DNA of 64,000 nucleotides from Camelus ferus (lineage: Eukaryota): the NCBI RefSeq assembly GCF_009834535.1, contig NC_045697.1, forward strand, positions 101,124,001 to 101,188,000, read 5' to 3'. Position 1 is the first letter of the stretch. Every line of letters begins with the position of its first letter. Both the position numbers and the translations under genes were made by a program. Below the pieces are notes generated by a model. It worked only from the letters and a program-made list of their open reading frames with translations, was not told the DNA's origin and did not search any database. Shown here piece after piece: positions 24,240 through 39,146 of this stretch.

Positions 24240-25200
24240 AGAGCAACATGATCATGTTTGACTTTTAGAACGTTTACTGGGTGTCAAAGTAGATAATATA
24301 CTAGAAGGTGGCAACTTGATAAGGAAATCAATCTGTTTGGAGGTAATTTTATTACTCTAGAAAAATTAAATAACAAAAAGTGTCTATTTCAAAATGCAAG
24401 CAGATAACTAGAGAAGAGAATCTGGATTCAAAAAATTATTAAATAGAATTACCTAACCTTGGTGATGGAATTAGATGTGATATTAGAGTTGAGATAATGA
24501 AAGACAGAAATTTCAAGTGAAACTCAGTAAATTATGGACCATTAAACTATCTGGAGAATAAAGGAGGAATTGTAGTTAAGAATGGTAAGTTTAGTTTTAA
24601 CCATGTTGCTTCCGAGATGCCTTAAGATATTCAGAAAACAGTTGTACACATGGGTCTAGGTCTCAGGAGAGATATTAAGGTTTGAAAATATATTTTTGGA
24701 AATCTTTGGCTAATAGTTGAAGTTAAAAGGATGCATGAAGTCACTGAAAGCAAGTGCATGTCATGAGAAGAAGGACTGAGGATTCAACCTCAAGGCACCA
24801 AATTATCTGAGGAAGCAGGAAGAGAAGTTAGCAGGGAAAGGCACTGGCAGTGATGGGAAGAGTAGCAGAGGAAGTGGTGAGGGAACAATGTCCTCACTCC
24901 TTTTAGCTGCTGTTCCTCAAGTAAACAATATCAATGGGTTAAGAGACTGCTTTATTTTTTTAAAGAATGGGGATACTTGAGCATATTTAAGTGCTGAAAG
25001 GGCATAGCCAAGAGAAAAAAAGAGGAATCAAATATTAAGGAGAAAGGGGGATGATTGCTGGGGCAAGGAAAAATCTAGATGCTAATCTTTGCTGTAATGA
25101 GAGGAAGGGGATAAATAGAAAAAGAGATATGATCTGCAAAGTAAGGGACAGAAACTTGAGGATATCCTACCCAATAGCTTCAGTTTTGTGTTTTGGTTCT
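24240..25200 (-). mobile_element. L2 LINE fragment
   Basis: catgatcatgtttgacttttagaa, ggtaagtttagttttaaccatgttg, ggtctaggtctcaggagaga, and a purine-rich body. Confidence 0.6.
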
Positions 25201-25239
25201 TTTCAGGAAAAAGGCATATTTGTGAACTATGGATAAGGA

Positions 25240-28200
25240 GAGACTTCTCAGCTTGACTTCAAAAGCATAGTTCATAAAGGAAAGTATTAATACATTTGAC
25301 TATATTAAAATTAAAATATTCTGTAAGCAAAAGATACCATAAAGCGTGAGATAACAAAGTACATACCAGAAAAATATATTTATAACACAGGAGTTTTCAG
25401 TTTCTGTTTAGACAAAAATGTAAAGAATATTACTCCTACCATAAACTCAAGAAAAGCTGAATAATACATAGTATCATAACTTTTCCTTAACTAATCAGAG
25501 ACCTGAGGTCTCAGAGCAAACTCACCAGGCTGAAACCTAGGGAAGGATAAATGCCTCTAAGGAGGAGAACTCTCTTGCACAGAAGGAAGAGATGTCAGGC
25601 CCCAAACAAGCTGGTAATAAGAATGCAACCAAAATATAATGATTTACTAAGGGTCAGGGTAGGCTAGCATGAGTGTATAGAGCTACTGGGGGCCAGAAAC
25701 TCAAGGGTAGTTTGTACCCACTAACAGACTTTTCATGGACTTCATCAGATGCTCATAAGAAAGACTGAGAGCAGAGTAGGAACTGAAGAAAGCATCCCTT
25801 GGTGATGCAGGCCTGTGGGAGGAGAGCAGCAGTAATTGCAGAAAAACATAGCACAGACTAGGATCCTCCTCTTCAGAACAAGAATGGCAGACCCTGTTAC
25901 CATCAGGGCACAGGTGAAAACTCACTGCAGTTAGGGGATGGAAACAAGAGAGGAGAAGGCAAGTTTCCAGGGATCAGATCATTAGAGATCCTGTAATCCT
26001 GTACATATAAGAGAGGAAAAGGACCACTGAGAAAGCTCCATCCCTAAGACCCAAGAATATAGACCTCGCCAAAGATCACAGCTGAAATAGGACAACAGAG
26101 AATGTCTCTGCTCCTGACTACCAGGGCAGCAGACACTAAGAAATAAGTAACAGTGCAGTACCACCAGGGGAGACACAAAAGCATGAAGAGTGGATCTCTC
26201 TGATGCAGAAGCTCCCAGGAAAAGCCTAACGTGGAAGGTGGAGAACAAATTCTCCAACCACACAAACCCTACCCTAAACACAAGTGAATGCTAGAGGGAT
26301 TTGGAGCTAGTGGTGCACTAAGAGTGGTCATAGAAACAACAAAACCCAAACCCAGCTCAGTTTCTGACTAGATTGATTCAACTCCCCCAACACATGAATT
26401 AAAAGCTTAGCAGAAGAAGAGGAATGCCCATTTCCAGGCCTAAGTACCAGACTCTTCTATCCTACATACTACACAAAGAAGATGAAGATAAAGAAGAATA
26501 ACAAAACAACAATAACAACATAATCAAGGGAAAAAGCAAATAAGCAATCAGAGAACCAGACTCAGATATGGCAAAAAAAAATTGAAAGACAGAAAGAGAA
26601 TATACAAAAGACTATAGTGGAAAAGGTAGATGATGTGCATGACCAGATGGAAATTTTTAGCAGAGACAGAAAATATTGAAAAGAATCAAATGGAAATGTT
26701 AGGAATGAGAATGCCTTTGACAGGCTCATCAGTAGATATGAACACGATCAAAGAAATTATCAATGAACTTGGAGATAGGCCAATAGAAATGATCCAAACT
26801 GAAACAAAAAGAAAAAAGTGAAAATGTATGAGAGCATTCAAAAACTGTGAGATATCAACCAAAATGCATTATTTGAACCTCAGAAGACAGAAAAAGACAA
26901 AAAAATTTTTGAAAAGATAATGGCCTAGTATTTTCCAAAAATATTTAAAGACACCAAAACACCGATCAAAGAAACTCAGAAAACATCAAGCCAAGTAGTG
27001 ATACACACACACATGCACCAATAAATAACCAAGCAAATTAAAGAAACAAATTTTTTTTAAAACTCTACATATACTACTGAAAACCAAAGATAAGGAAAAA
27101 TTTTTGAGGGAACCAGAGCAAAAAAGGCAAATTACATATAGAGTAACAAAAATAAAATATTTTGGACTTGTTAGATACTATGTAAGTGACAGCTTTAAAG
27201 TTCTGAAAGAAGAAAAACTGTCAACACCAAATTCTACACAAAATAAAAAGAACTTGTAAAAATTAAGGGAGAGAAAGATGTTCACCCAGACAAATAAAAA
27301 CTGGCAAATTCATTATAAGCACACCTTCATGGCAAGGAAAATTAAAGGAAGTTATTCTAGCATGACATAACAGAACGATACTTGGATCCACAAAATAAAT
27401 GAAGAGCACTATAAATGCTATAAAAGAAAATAAGTGTTAATTTTCATCATTTCTAACTTTGACTATAAAAGATAATTTCTCAAGGCAAGGGTTGGCATAG
27501 TTTTTCTGTTAAGGACAGACAGTAAATATTTTAGTCTTTTGGGTCCATACGTGCTTTGTCACAATCACTTAGCTCTATAGCTATAGTGTGAAAGCAACCA
27601 TTGATGATACATAAACATGGCCATGTTACAGTAATATTTTATTTGCAAAACTAATTAGTATTCAAGACTGGACCTGCAGGCTAACATTTGCCAACCACTG
27701 ATCTAGAGCAGAAATAGTAGCAATGTATTGTATGCTTACAGTATTTGTAAAAAAATAATATATAACTTCAATAGCAAGAATGATAGGAGGAGGGAATAGG
27801 GAGTTATTATTGTTCTTACACTAAAAGTACAGTATATAATTATATCACTAAAATATACGAAAGTAGACTGTGATTAACTAAAATGTGTATGGTAGTTCCT
27901 ATGGTAACCACTAACATTTTTTAAAGAATAAGCTAATAGTGGAGGAAAAATGGAATAAAAAATACACAGTAATACAAAGGCAGGGAAAAAAGAACAAAAA
28001 AGTTGGAATAAACAGAAGACAACTAGCAAAATGTTTTTAATCCAACTGTGTCAATAATTACATTAAATATAAACTATCTACACACACACACACCCCTCAA
28101 TTAAAAAAGAGACTCTCAACTTGGATAAAAAAGCAAGGCTATATGACTATATGCTTCATAGTTATATTAAAATATAATGACATAGATAGGTTAAAACAAA

Positions 28201-29790
28201 AGGATAAAAAATTTATACCACACAAACATTTATTAAAAAAAAAACTAGAGTTGCTATAGTAATATCAGATAGAATAGATTTCACATCAAGGAATATCAAC
28301 AGGGACATTATATAATGATGAATGGTTAATTCACCAAGAAGACATAACAAATCCTAAAGGTAAATGCACCTAACAGCAGAGCTTCATAATACATGAAGCA
28401 AAACTTGAAAGAACTGGAAGAAGAAATAGACAAATCCACAGTGATATGCTTGGAGACATCAACATCCCTCTCTCAGTAATGGATAGAACAACTGAACAAA
28501 AAATCAGTGAGGATATAGAAGACTTAGATATCACTACCAACAAATTGACCTAATTGACATTTATAACAGAATGAACCCAACAACAGAAATATACAGGTTT
28601 TTTTCAAAGTATGCACAAAACATTCATTAAGATTATATCCTAGGTCATAAAACAAACTAACAAATTTAAGAGAATTGCAATAAAAACAAAGGTGTCCATA
28701 TACACACGCACTCATACTCATTTGAATCAGAATGCAATCAGGACACTTCATATCAAAATACAAATGGAGGGAAATTCATAGTATTAAATGCTTACAATAG
28801 AAAAGAGGTCTCAAATCAATGATCTAAGCTGTCATCTTATAACTAGACAAGGAGCCAATTAAACCTAAAACAAGCAGAAAAAGGAAATAATGTATGTAAT
28901 AAACATGACTGATGAAGATTTAGTTTCCAGAATATCTTAGGAATGTTAGCAAAACAACCCAGTAGAAAAAAGTACCAAAACACGTAAACAGGTAATTCAA
29001 AAACATTTAACACAAATTGCCAAGAAACAGATTCTGAACTTTACTAATTATCATGGAAATGCAAATTAAAACCACATGAGACATAATTATATAACCATCA
29101 ATAAGTATACATTTTAAAGTCGCAAAACCTTAAATATTGATAAGGATTTAGAGCAACATAAACTTCTAAGCGCTGATGTTCTAATCACAATGGAAAATCA
29201 TTTGGTAATATCTACTAACATTGAAAGCAATTCTACTTCCAAAGAGATTCTGGAAAAATTCTTGTAAGTGCATATCACAAGACAGTTAAAAGAATGTTCA
29301 TAACAAATCAACTTCGAATGATAAAATCTTGAAGCAGGCTAAATGTCCATCCATAAGAAAACAGATGAATATAATATGGTCTATTCATTCCATATAGAAT
29401 GGATTTTCATTTCACGTATCAACATTGATTAACTTCACAAACACAGTATAGAGGAAAGAGGAGAAAGAGTGAGAAGAGGTGTATGACAGGGAGAGAAGGG
29501 GAGAGGGAGAGAGAGATTGAGAGGGATGATGACACTTAGAAAAAATTTTAAAATATGTGAACTAATACTCTAGCTCTGTACTGTGTAAGGTTACGCACAC
29601 ATGAGGTACAATCACAGAGAAATGTATGATAAATACTAAAACAAGAATAGTTATGATGTTTGGGAGGAAGGGTGTGGGGATCTGATCAGGAAGGGGAACA
29701 GAGGGGTCTTCAACTGTATTGGAAAAGTTTGATTCATTAAACTGGGTAACAGGTACAAAACATCTACTATATTTTTCCTTTTTTAAAATT
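25240..29790 (+). mobile_element. Nested old L1 block: outer L1M 3' fragment (~25240-25390 and ~28900-29790) around an inner L1M 5'UTR/ORF1/endonuclease fragment (~25390-28895)
   Basis: ORF1-like segment (aagaatcaaatggaaatg, gaacttggagataggccaatagaaatgatccaaactgaa). EN-like segment (ttcaccaagaagacataacaaatcc, gaaatagacaaatccacag, acaaattgacctaattgacatttata). Outer pieces carry L1 3' motifs. Confidence 0.8.
27486..27700 (+). mobile_element. MER58A-like hAT-Charlie DNA transposon inserted in the L1
   Basis: TIR-like ends caagggttggca ... tgccaaccactg. Internal ttctgttaaggacagacagtaaatattttag matches the recalled MER58A consensus. Confidence 0.8.
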
Positions 29791-29828
29791 ATTTGAACTG
29801 TCTTATTGATTTTGCACATTTAAAAAAA

Positions 29829-29955
29829 TTTGGGGGGGGGGCGTTAGGCAGGAGGTAATTAGGTTTTTATTTATTTATTTATTTTTTAATGGAGATGCTA
29901 GGGATTGAACTGAGGACCTTGAGCACTCTACCACTGAGCTACCATACCCTCCCCC
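29829..29955 (-). mobile_element. tRNA-derived camelid SINE (Vic-1-like), internally deleted
   Basis: Reverse complement gggggagggtat..agctcagtggtagagtgc...ggtcctcagttcaatccctagcatctccattaaaaaataaataaataaa...cctaattacctcc. Confidence 0.8.
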
Positions 29956-30029
29956 TCCTATATTATTCTTTATAACGTTAGTATGTTCTAAATACTCATC
30001 ATGAGTTTAACTAAGCAAATTATGTAAAT

Positions 30030-31130
30030 GTGTTGAGAGCAAATGGAGAGGAAGCAAGAGCTTTGAGAAGAAAGATGGAGTTTTCTGCGGACCTCTGAGG
30101 ACTGGATGAGGGAACAAGGAACAAGTGGGGCGGCTGTATGGGTCCATCTGGGCCTGCAGACACAGGCTGGTGGAGGCCTCAGTCTGCCCAGCTGCTGTGC
30201 GGCTCGCTCCCTCAGGGCTCAGCAGCCTGGCGGGGAGGGACAGCTGAGTTGACATAGTGGTGGGGTTTTGTCTGCGGATGCAGTGACAGAAAGGTGAGGC
30301 CAAGGATATACTACTACTAAGGCAACTGAAAGGTTTCTAGGCAGGATTGAGAAGTCATTAAAGGAGAAGGATGTGACATCCTGGGGGCTGAGAGAAGAAT
30401 TCAGTCCTATTGCCATGGGATAAATGGGTGGCTGAAATGGAGAGATGTTACTGGTCACTAGAGCAGGTGAGACAAAGAAACTGTGCCAACAAGGACGCTA
30501 GAGAGGTTTTTCCCATGGGAAAGACAATCGCCCAAGGGGAGAGCAGGCAGACCCTGGGGACCAAAGGAAGACTATGTGTCTGGTGGAAAAGTATGAAGAG
30601 AACAAAAGTTTGGCCGATGAGTGTGATAAATCAGGGTAGAGGTGTGGCACAGTCAGACATAACAGCTTAGGGAGTCTCTTGTGGCACCAGGAAAAGAGTG
30701 ACCCTGCCTCTGGCTCTGTGTGTGTGGCCAGTCTACATTACAGTAGGAGGCAGGGAAGCAGAAAACTCCAGAAAAGCAGGTTTCTATTAAGACAAAGAAA
30801 CCAAGAAAACATTTTCTGGAGAGGTAGAAAGTGCATGAAACTATTTTTTCATAGAAACAGAAGACCCCAAGGACCTTACATAGTATTTCAAGTGAGAGGA
30901 GCAGGGGGAGACAGAGTCATAGCCAACCATGCCCATGGCAAGATGGGGACGAAACAATGTGCAAAGATATATGACAGAACGCACTTGTGGCTTAGGGAGA
31001 ATCCCAGATGACATGGATGAGAGGCATTGCACAAGGGGATGTTCTTGGGGTCTAAGTGGACCTCTGGTTAAAGATGCTTCCTGACCCATTCAGGCTGAGG
31101 TCCAAGCATGGAGTGTTGGAAGCCTGATGA
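30030..31130 (-). mobile_element. Degraded L2 internal (ORF) fragment
   Basis: Purine-rich plus strand typical of antisense L2. The minus-strand frame has an APE-endonuclease-like 'VALVVVYPWP' segment. Several short overlapping ORFs. Confidence 0.45.
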
Positions 31131-32119
31131 CACTATAGACCTACGACTTTCCTTTAGGTTTCCAAACAGTGCTTTGATATGAAGTGTTAAATGAATTATT
31201 ATTTCTAACCTATCTCAAAAAGAAACAGAAGGGCAAGTCTCCATTATGTTGATAGTACAGCTTTTCAGTAGCTAAGCTACTAAACTGCTCACTTCATGTC
31301 AGTGTCACAAAACGTCTGCGGCCAAGAGTTTATTCTGATAAATCAGATATGATTCATGATGCCAAGTCAATTTAAAACCTTCTGAACACCTGGAGTTTGC
31401 AACAGGGAATGTGGATGGGCAGGACTTCTAAGGATCAGCCGAATGCAATACAATGCCAAGAAGAGGTAAAACCAGGAATATGATCCAGAAGGAGATTCAC
31501 CTCTGCCTTCTCTGCCCCGTTCCCTTCAGGGGAAATGCCAGAGTACTTTGAAGGCCACCATCATTGCAGAAAAATTATATTCACACTTTTGCAACCAGGC
31601 CCCTATTCTCAGCAAAAGGAATTTATTCTTACTGTATATCGTTCAAAAGTAATAGAAGAATTAAAAAAAAAAAAGATTTCAGGAAAAAATTCCCTTTGGA
31701 AAAAAATGGCATAAATTGGCAAATATTATACCTAAAAAAAAATTAGGCATATATTTAAGGTCAAAGTTCCCCCTGTCTTCTCAGAAGGCCCTTGACCAGA
31801 CAGAGGACAACCTCCATCAGAGCAACAGATGAACATTCAAGGGCAATGATTCTGTCCAGGAAAACCAATTGTGTCAGGAGACAGTTGAATTCTCCAGGTC
31901 ATATGTATGGTTTTGCTACCAGTATTAAATTCAGTGAGAACCTGCTTTTTAATGAGAAGAATAAACTGGAGAGTTGTCAGAATTCTGGTTTGATCAGAAG
32001 TCCAGCTTTGAGGGGCTCAGGATTGAGCCAGCCAGCAATGCTCGCTTCACCTTTACCATGAAGACGCAGCACAGACATGAAAGAGAACAGAAGACCAAAC
32101 AGCAACGTTCTCTTAAGGC

Positions 32120-32272
32120 TCTGCCACTCAAAACATGGCCCCTGGACCAGCAGTATCCACATCACCTGGAAGCTTGTTAGAAATGCAGAACTTTGAGCCA
32201 GACTCCAGATCTACTAAATTAGAATCCACTTTGTAGTACTTGGTGAATCCACAGTCAGGCTTAGGGAGCACC
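32120..32272. mobile_element. MER5A-like hAT-Charlie element
   Basis: actcaaaacatggcccctggaccagcagtatc..catcacctggaagcttgttagaaatgcagaa...ctactaaattagaatc. Confidence 0.8.
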
Positions 32273-33119
32273 GCTATAAGGCACAGAAAACAATCCAGAT
32301 TCCAGGCTCATCAATTAGGAGAGGTAAATAGGAAGTTCCACGAAGAAAAAGCCAATACGAGCTAAAGGCTCATGTCATTTAGCCACACTTGAGACCTTTG
32401 CCAGGAGCTGTCGTGGATCCTGGCCTGGGCTTGTCTCTCCAGCGATTGGCTCATGTCCTACCTCCAGGGCTGCCTCCTGTTCTCTCCAGTGTTTTACAAT
32501 CTGGGTTATTTGTCTGGGGCTCTTGACATCCACCTACCCTCCCACCCACAAATATTAGTTGGACTCTTTTCATGGACCCTGGCCAATGACAGCACTAACC
32601 CTAAATTCTGTCCCCAGCTCTTACTCCCTTTTCCCTCTGCTCTCTCTAGCCCCCACTCTGCCGCCTGACTCTTGACAGTCCACTCAGTTCTTGGCAAGGT
32701 CAGACCACGTTATCTTTGGGGCTAAACAGAGCCAGGTCACTGCATGCCACAATCAGGAAAGCATTAGAAGTTGGCACCGACAATTAGATGGCAGCTCTCA
32801 CTAAGAACTCGTGTCAGCGTCAGCAAAGCAGGATCATCTAGAGTCTAGCGGTTCACTGGAAATGTCGGGAGACTGGGGGTTTTAGGGCTCAGGGTGGTTG
32901 CTTGTAACACATAGAAACAGGAAAGAGGAGAGAGGGTAGAGACAAGAGAACCATTTTAACAAAATGCAACTGACCAGCATGTTACACTTGCCTTCTCTCC
33001 TTGTAAATACCAAATCAATGGAGACTCTGTTAATATCCATCCACAGTCTTCACAGACTTCTGTCTTCACCACTGCTTTTTTGAAATTCACTTTAGCCAAT
33101 AGCAGCTATAATTTTCTGA

Positions 33120-33340
33120 GTTTTTATGTGCCCTTTCTGAGTATGCATAATGTGCCATGCTTTGTGCATCACTTTATATGCAATACATTAACCTCTGTAA
33201 CAAATTTAAGATGTAACCCCAGCTTTACTGGTGAAGAACTGAAGGTTAAAAAGTGATTTATTCCAGGACCCCATTAGTAATTGGAGAAACAAGGATGTGA
33301 ACTTGAGTTTCTGATTCCAGAGCCCTATTCTACCTGCTAC
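33120..33340. mobile_element. MIR fragment
   Basis: atgtgccatgc...ccccagctttactggtgaagaactgaagg...ggatgtgaacttgagtttctgattccagagccc. Confidence 0.6.
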
Positions 33341-36300
33341 TACTTTTCCATTTTACCACACAAAAAATTTCACACTTTTATTACTCCTTAAGAAAAAAAA
33401 ATAGGGCAGAGGAATAGAGAGGAAGGAGGAAATCTAGGAGACTTTAATTTTACTTATGCTGTCTTTTATTTAAATTATACTCTTTCTTAAAAATAAAAAA
33501 CCTTTGGAAAACTTATAGCCTATCAATATAGCATTTAATGCCTAAGTACCAGAACACCCAGGAATGAGAAAACCAGGTCAGGATGATGTTTTCATAATCC
33601 AATTTATAACATTCTATCTGATTGAGACATACATATCTCTGGTTCTTTCACTTGGTCCTGATGTGAATATACTTTTAGTGGACAGGACAGCATGAAAAAA
33701 ATCAAGAATAAAAATATGAAATAATTGAAGTTTAAAAATAGAATTTAGTGATTGAACACATCCAGTTCTCCAGATCCGCCATTCTGATTATTTAACCAAG
33801 GGGTCAGATTTTCTTGCTCTGCTTCTTTGAGTCACGTGGCTCCCTTTTAGAGATCACAATCCCAGTCAAGAAAAATCCCAAATCACAATGAGTATTGAAT
33901 GATCACTGATACTAGCAAAATCTTGCTGTTCAGAAGGACAGAACAGAAAGCAGCCCTACAGAGAACTCAGCTCAGCAAGGACAGTCAAAGGGACCAAGCC
34001 TTTGGCTCATTGTAAATCAGAGGTCAGTCTGTTGCTTTTTTTTCAAATGAAGATAAAAACACTGTGAGTCTCCACTATACATAAAGTAAAAGAGGGTGGC
34101 TCTGCCAATCGCTGTGACAAGGCACTCTTAATCCTGGGAACTCAGAACGTCTCAGCACTGCATCAGATCTGTCCAGAATTTAAAGTTTCCAACAGTGATC
34201 AGATGTCCTAAGGGGGAGTGCTTGGACCAAATTTGGGAATGTAGCTAGTCGGTCATCTGACTTGTTAGACTGTGTTCTGTGTCAGTCATAAAAATGAAAG
34301 TGTCCTGAAGAATTACAAAGTAAACATGTGAAATTATGCTTGATTTAATCTCAATCATCTCTTTGCAAGAGGCTGGTTACCTATACCTACCTATCATCAC
34401 TCTTTAACACACGGAGACAAAATGTTCTAACAGAAAGTAGAATGGAACAGACTTAAGGAAACTAGGTGTCATTCCACTCAAGAGAAATGAACATTGAGCC
34501 CCAGAGGTGGGACAGAGAGCTCCACGGGACAGTGGCCACTCTGGAATTAGCGAGAAGGTCTTTTGTTCTAAGGTGCCCTTTTACCCTTTTCTTCACAGTG
34601 TGACACTTTTGGTTGCTTCTCACATGTCATCCAAAGGGTAGGAACTTTCACTGAATGTTCCAGAAAAGACTGAACTTTCATGGAAACTTTTTTTTCTATA
34701 AATACTTCATGTGACACATTGAATTTTACTTACTTAACAAAAACTTGTAAATATGGTCTCAAGCCCCAAATCCACTGTTTTTGTTTTTTTTTAAACTGCT
34801 CCTACAGCAGAGGTTTAAAAAATAGTACAAGGGTTATATAGCAATTCACGAGATGCCTCAGTATTTTTTTTTTTTAATGGCCTTCTGTGTCATTAAACAC
34901 ATTAAACACATAAACAAAGGACAGGAGTCTATGGCCCACACTTAAGATGACAGGGCTTTTTTCCTGATACTCTGATCCACAGCTGCATCTTCCAAACGTA
35001 ACGGCTCCTAACCGCCCATCTTAAACCCATCTCAAGAAGCAGAGATGTAGGAAACCATTTTAACTTGGCTGGAGGGCGATTCTTTCTTTCACACATACTA
35101 AAGAGGACTCTAAGGAGGTGCTGCCTCAGCAACATCAAATGTGGCGAAATCCTTCTGAACACCATCATACACGTCCGCCCGAGGCCAGCTAAACACCATG
35201 TGCCCAAGCAAAACTAAAACTGAAGCTTCGGTCATCCCTGCAGGCCATTTCTAACACAGACGTCAGAAGTTATTCATTCACAGAACGGACTGGATTCTGG
35301 ATGATGGTATGTTTCAGCTTCCAATTAGTAATGACTAAATTATCTAGAGTTTCTGATGATTAATTGCTCATTTTCTTTTGAAATTTGAATTTTCAAAGTA
35401 AGGCAGATAGTAAATGTAATTAAAATTTTATCTTCTGCTTTTTATTACGACAGGCAAGAATAAATGTGTATTTGTGATTATTATAACTTCACTTTAACTC
35501 TCCAGAGAAGTTCACAGAGTGCCTGAGGTTATCTACAAAAAATGTAATATGACATGTCTGAGTCTTCTCATTCATACTGCTCACTGCATACAGATGAGGA
35601 GTCTTCATTCTTTTATTACAAGGAGTTTTTTTCCACTCAACTATGTACACAAGCATACATTCTACCTTAAAATACTTACTCAGTAAAACTGCACTACAAT
35701 AAGAGCAAACAACAGGTACTTTAAAAAAAGAAAAGAAAAAGAAAATTCAGTTGCTAAACGTGAACTGGAAAGAATATCTACAAAAAGAATAAGGCTGAGC
35801 AGTGAAGTTCCAAGCCATTGTTCCACCTGCAAATTCATCTAGAGTTTCTATGGTTCATCTTATGCAACTAAAGAAAATCATCCATTAATTTAATGAATTC
35901 CATCTGTAACATGGGCTAATCTTTTACGATCAGCTGGAGTATATAAAGCATTACCACAGAGGGAGTGTGGTATTCAAGGTCAGATTTTATGTGAAAAGTA
36001 TGTCATTAATTTGTGAATAAATCACTGAATACAGAATAAAACACGCATAGACTTTCTTTTTTTCCTTTCCCATCTTCTCAATCTCAGGCTGAAGCTCACC
36101 AACGTTTAGGATTGTTTTGATCCCACAGGTAAGGAAAAGTAAGGAAAGGAAGTACCATAAACATTCGTTCATGGGGCATAGACTTATTGTGCATCTACTA
36201 TATGGAATGCATTGTTGTAAATGGAAAAACTACCTTTCATAATTTATCCTTGCCAAAGGACTAGTTTTCAGTACTTAAGTAGCATAACCAACACAACATC

Positions 36301-36569
36301 CACTTCTGTACCTTTGTCTCCCTCCTGTGTCTACCTCCCCGCTCCCCACGCCCCCTCCATCTCTCTCCCGGTAACATTTTAGCACTTAACACCCTCTGGC
36401 TTCTTTCCCTTCAGTGGGAGAGAATTTCTTCACCAGTTGTTGTTCCTCTATCTGGCAAGTTAACAAATGTGTCTTTGGCTATTTTTTGCTGTTGTTCTGG
36501 GGTCTTCCATAATTTAACTCTGTGTTAGTCTAGTATGCACGTCTGAATTCCAGCATTATTGTAATATAA

Positions 36570-38185
36570 AATCAAAGAAGCTATAAAAAAAGAAAAATAC
36601 ACACTAATATCTCTCATGAATTTAGACTCACAAAATAATTATCAATCAAATCTTAGCTATAGCAAATCTAATTCAACAGTATATAAAAGGGGTTTATCCT
36701 AGAATAAACTAGCATGCAGAGGGGTTTAATGTGGAATGAAAAACTAGCTCAACATTCAAAAATCTATCAGTGTAATTCACTATATCAACAGACTAAAAAT
36801 GAAAACCATGGTCATATCAAAGATGCAGAAAAAGTAATGGAACAAAATTCAACATCCATTAAAAAAAAAACTCTCAGCAATTTAGGAATAGAAGGGAAAT
36901 ACTTTAACTTGATAATGGACATCTACAAAAATGCTACAGCTATCATATAACTGGATAATAAAAGATTCAGTACTTTCCTGCTAAGGTCAGGAATTAGGTA
37001 AGAATTTTCACTCTCTACTTTCCTCTTCAGTATCATACTGGAGGTCATAACCAATGCAATAGGCAAGGAAAAAAATAAAACACATACAGATTGGAAAGGA
37101 ACAACTGATGTTATCTCTATTTGCAGACAGAACTATTGTCTATGTAGAAAATAGCCAAAAATACCTACCAAAAAGCTAGAAATAATAAGTTTATCAAAGT
37201 TGTGCGCTAGAAGGTCAACATATAAAAATCAACTATCTATAAACTAGCAATGAAAAATGGAAAAATAAAGTTTTAAAAACTATCATTTATTATAGTACCA
37301 AAAAAATTAGAAATAAACAAAATATGTACAGAATCTATAAGCTATCATCTACAAAACATTGATAAAAGAAATGAGATAAAATCAAATAAAGATATATAAA
37401 ATGTCAATGGATTAAAAGAGTCATTATTGTTAAGATGTCAGTTTTTTTTAAATTGATCTAGATCATTAAGAAAATACAAATTAAAACTGTAATGAGCTAC
37501 TACTATGTACTTATTAGAATGGGTATAATTAAATATTTTAAAAATTGTCAAAATCTCTGACAAGGATGTGGACCAACTGGAATTCTTGTACATTGCTGGT
37601 AGAAAGGCAAAACAGTATAGTCACTTTGGAAAAAAGTATGACAGATTCTTACATAGTCAAGCATAACCTACCATAGGAGCCAGCAATCTCACTCCTGGAT
37701 ATACACTCAAGAGAAATAAAACTTATGATCACACAAAAACCTGTTTTTTTTTAAACTAAAAATTCAAAGTCACTCCAAGTTCATTCAAAGATGAATGGAT
37801 AATCACACCAAAGCAAATTCATAAAAGGGAATATTACTCAACAATAAAAAGGAAAAAGGCACTGATACCCCCAAAAATTAATGACTCAAGCACATTACTG
37901 TAAGTGAAAGGAGCTGGATTCAAAGTGCTGCATACTACATGATTCAATGTACATGGCATTCTGGAAAAGGCAAATTATCGAAACAGAAAACAGATCAGTG
38001 GTTTCTAGTGGGTAGAGGCGGGAGAGGTTGATCATAAAGAGGTAAAAGACAGAAAATTGGGGGTTGATGTAAGTGTTCTGTATCATGATTACGGTAGTGA
38101 GTATGAATGCTAACATTTATCAAAACTTCTAAAACTGAACACCAAAAAGTATGAATTTTACTGTGCGTAGATTTTAAAACAGTGA
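36570..38185 (+). mobile_element. Old L1 (L1MC/ME-type) ORF2 and 3'UTR fragment
   Basis: aagatgcagaaaaag, ctctcagcaatttaggaatagaaggg, tatttgcagac, acaaggatgtggaccaactgg, cattctggaaaaggcaaa. Confidence 0.85.
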
Positions 38186-39146
38186 ACACAAAACAAGAAA
38201 GATATTAGAAAATACAGCTAGTGGTCAAAAAATATTACTAGCACGATTAATTTTAATAATATTTACTATCATTAGCATGGGTAGACAAGGGGAAGACGGC
38301 CTAAGAGAGGGACAGTGGGAATGCTTTGCTGATAGCCATTCAATCAAGAGGCCTGCAGAGACACAAAAGGAAGCAGAAAGAAATCCATTCCACAAAGGAA
38401 TAAGATGAATAAACTGGGAAACAAATGTTGATTTATAGGAGGCAAAAGTCCAAATGATCAAGACTTAACCGATAAACTTAAGTTTGCTCTGAATGGGCCT
38501 CAATAAATGGGGGCACCGTTGAGTTTGGGGTGAGGGACAGGGAAGCAGTAGAAAGGGCTCCTGTGGAGTGGCCGTTCTCAGCATCACATGTGTATCCAAG
38601 TCATACAGCTGGAAGGGATACCCAAAAGAAGGTAAGGCCACAGGGAAAGATATGCAGTCAGGTGTCCTGGGAATCAGGGCACCTAGACTGCTGGGTGCAG
38701 AGCCAGGCTCCTGGTTCCAAGGGACACAGCAGCCAAAACTAAGGACACATCCACAAAGTCAACCGGACTCAGACAGCTGATGTGACTGCAGCCCAGTGCT
38801 CACGGCCTGTACGCCAATCGCCAGTCACCCAGGCACCGGGGTGCAAGGAAGCAGCAAACACTGCCAGAGGTCCACTCCCTTGGTGACTTTTTTGGTAAAA
38901 GGTAACAAAATGGAGTGGAGCATGGAAGGAAAGAACCATTAACATACTACATGGCTGGGCTCTCACTGGCTCTGTGTCAGGGTCGCTCTCTACAGATGGG
39001 GAACAAGAAATAGTGCTTGAACACAAAACAAAACAAAAATCAAGGTGGGTAAGATAATTATCTCAGGAGATACCTGTGACTGCTTCATGGAGGAGATGAT
39101 ATTTGGTCAGACTTTAAGAGATCTGTACATCAAAAAGGTAGGTGTT

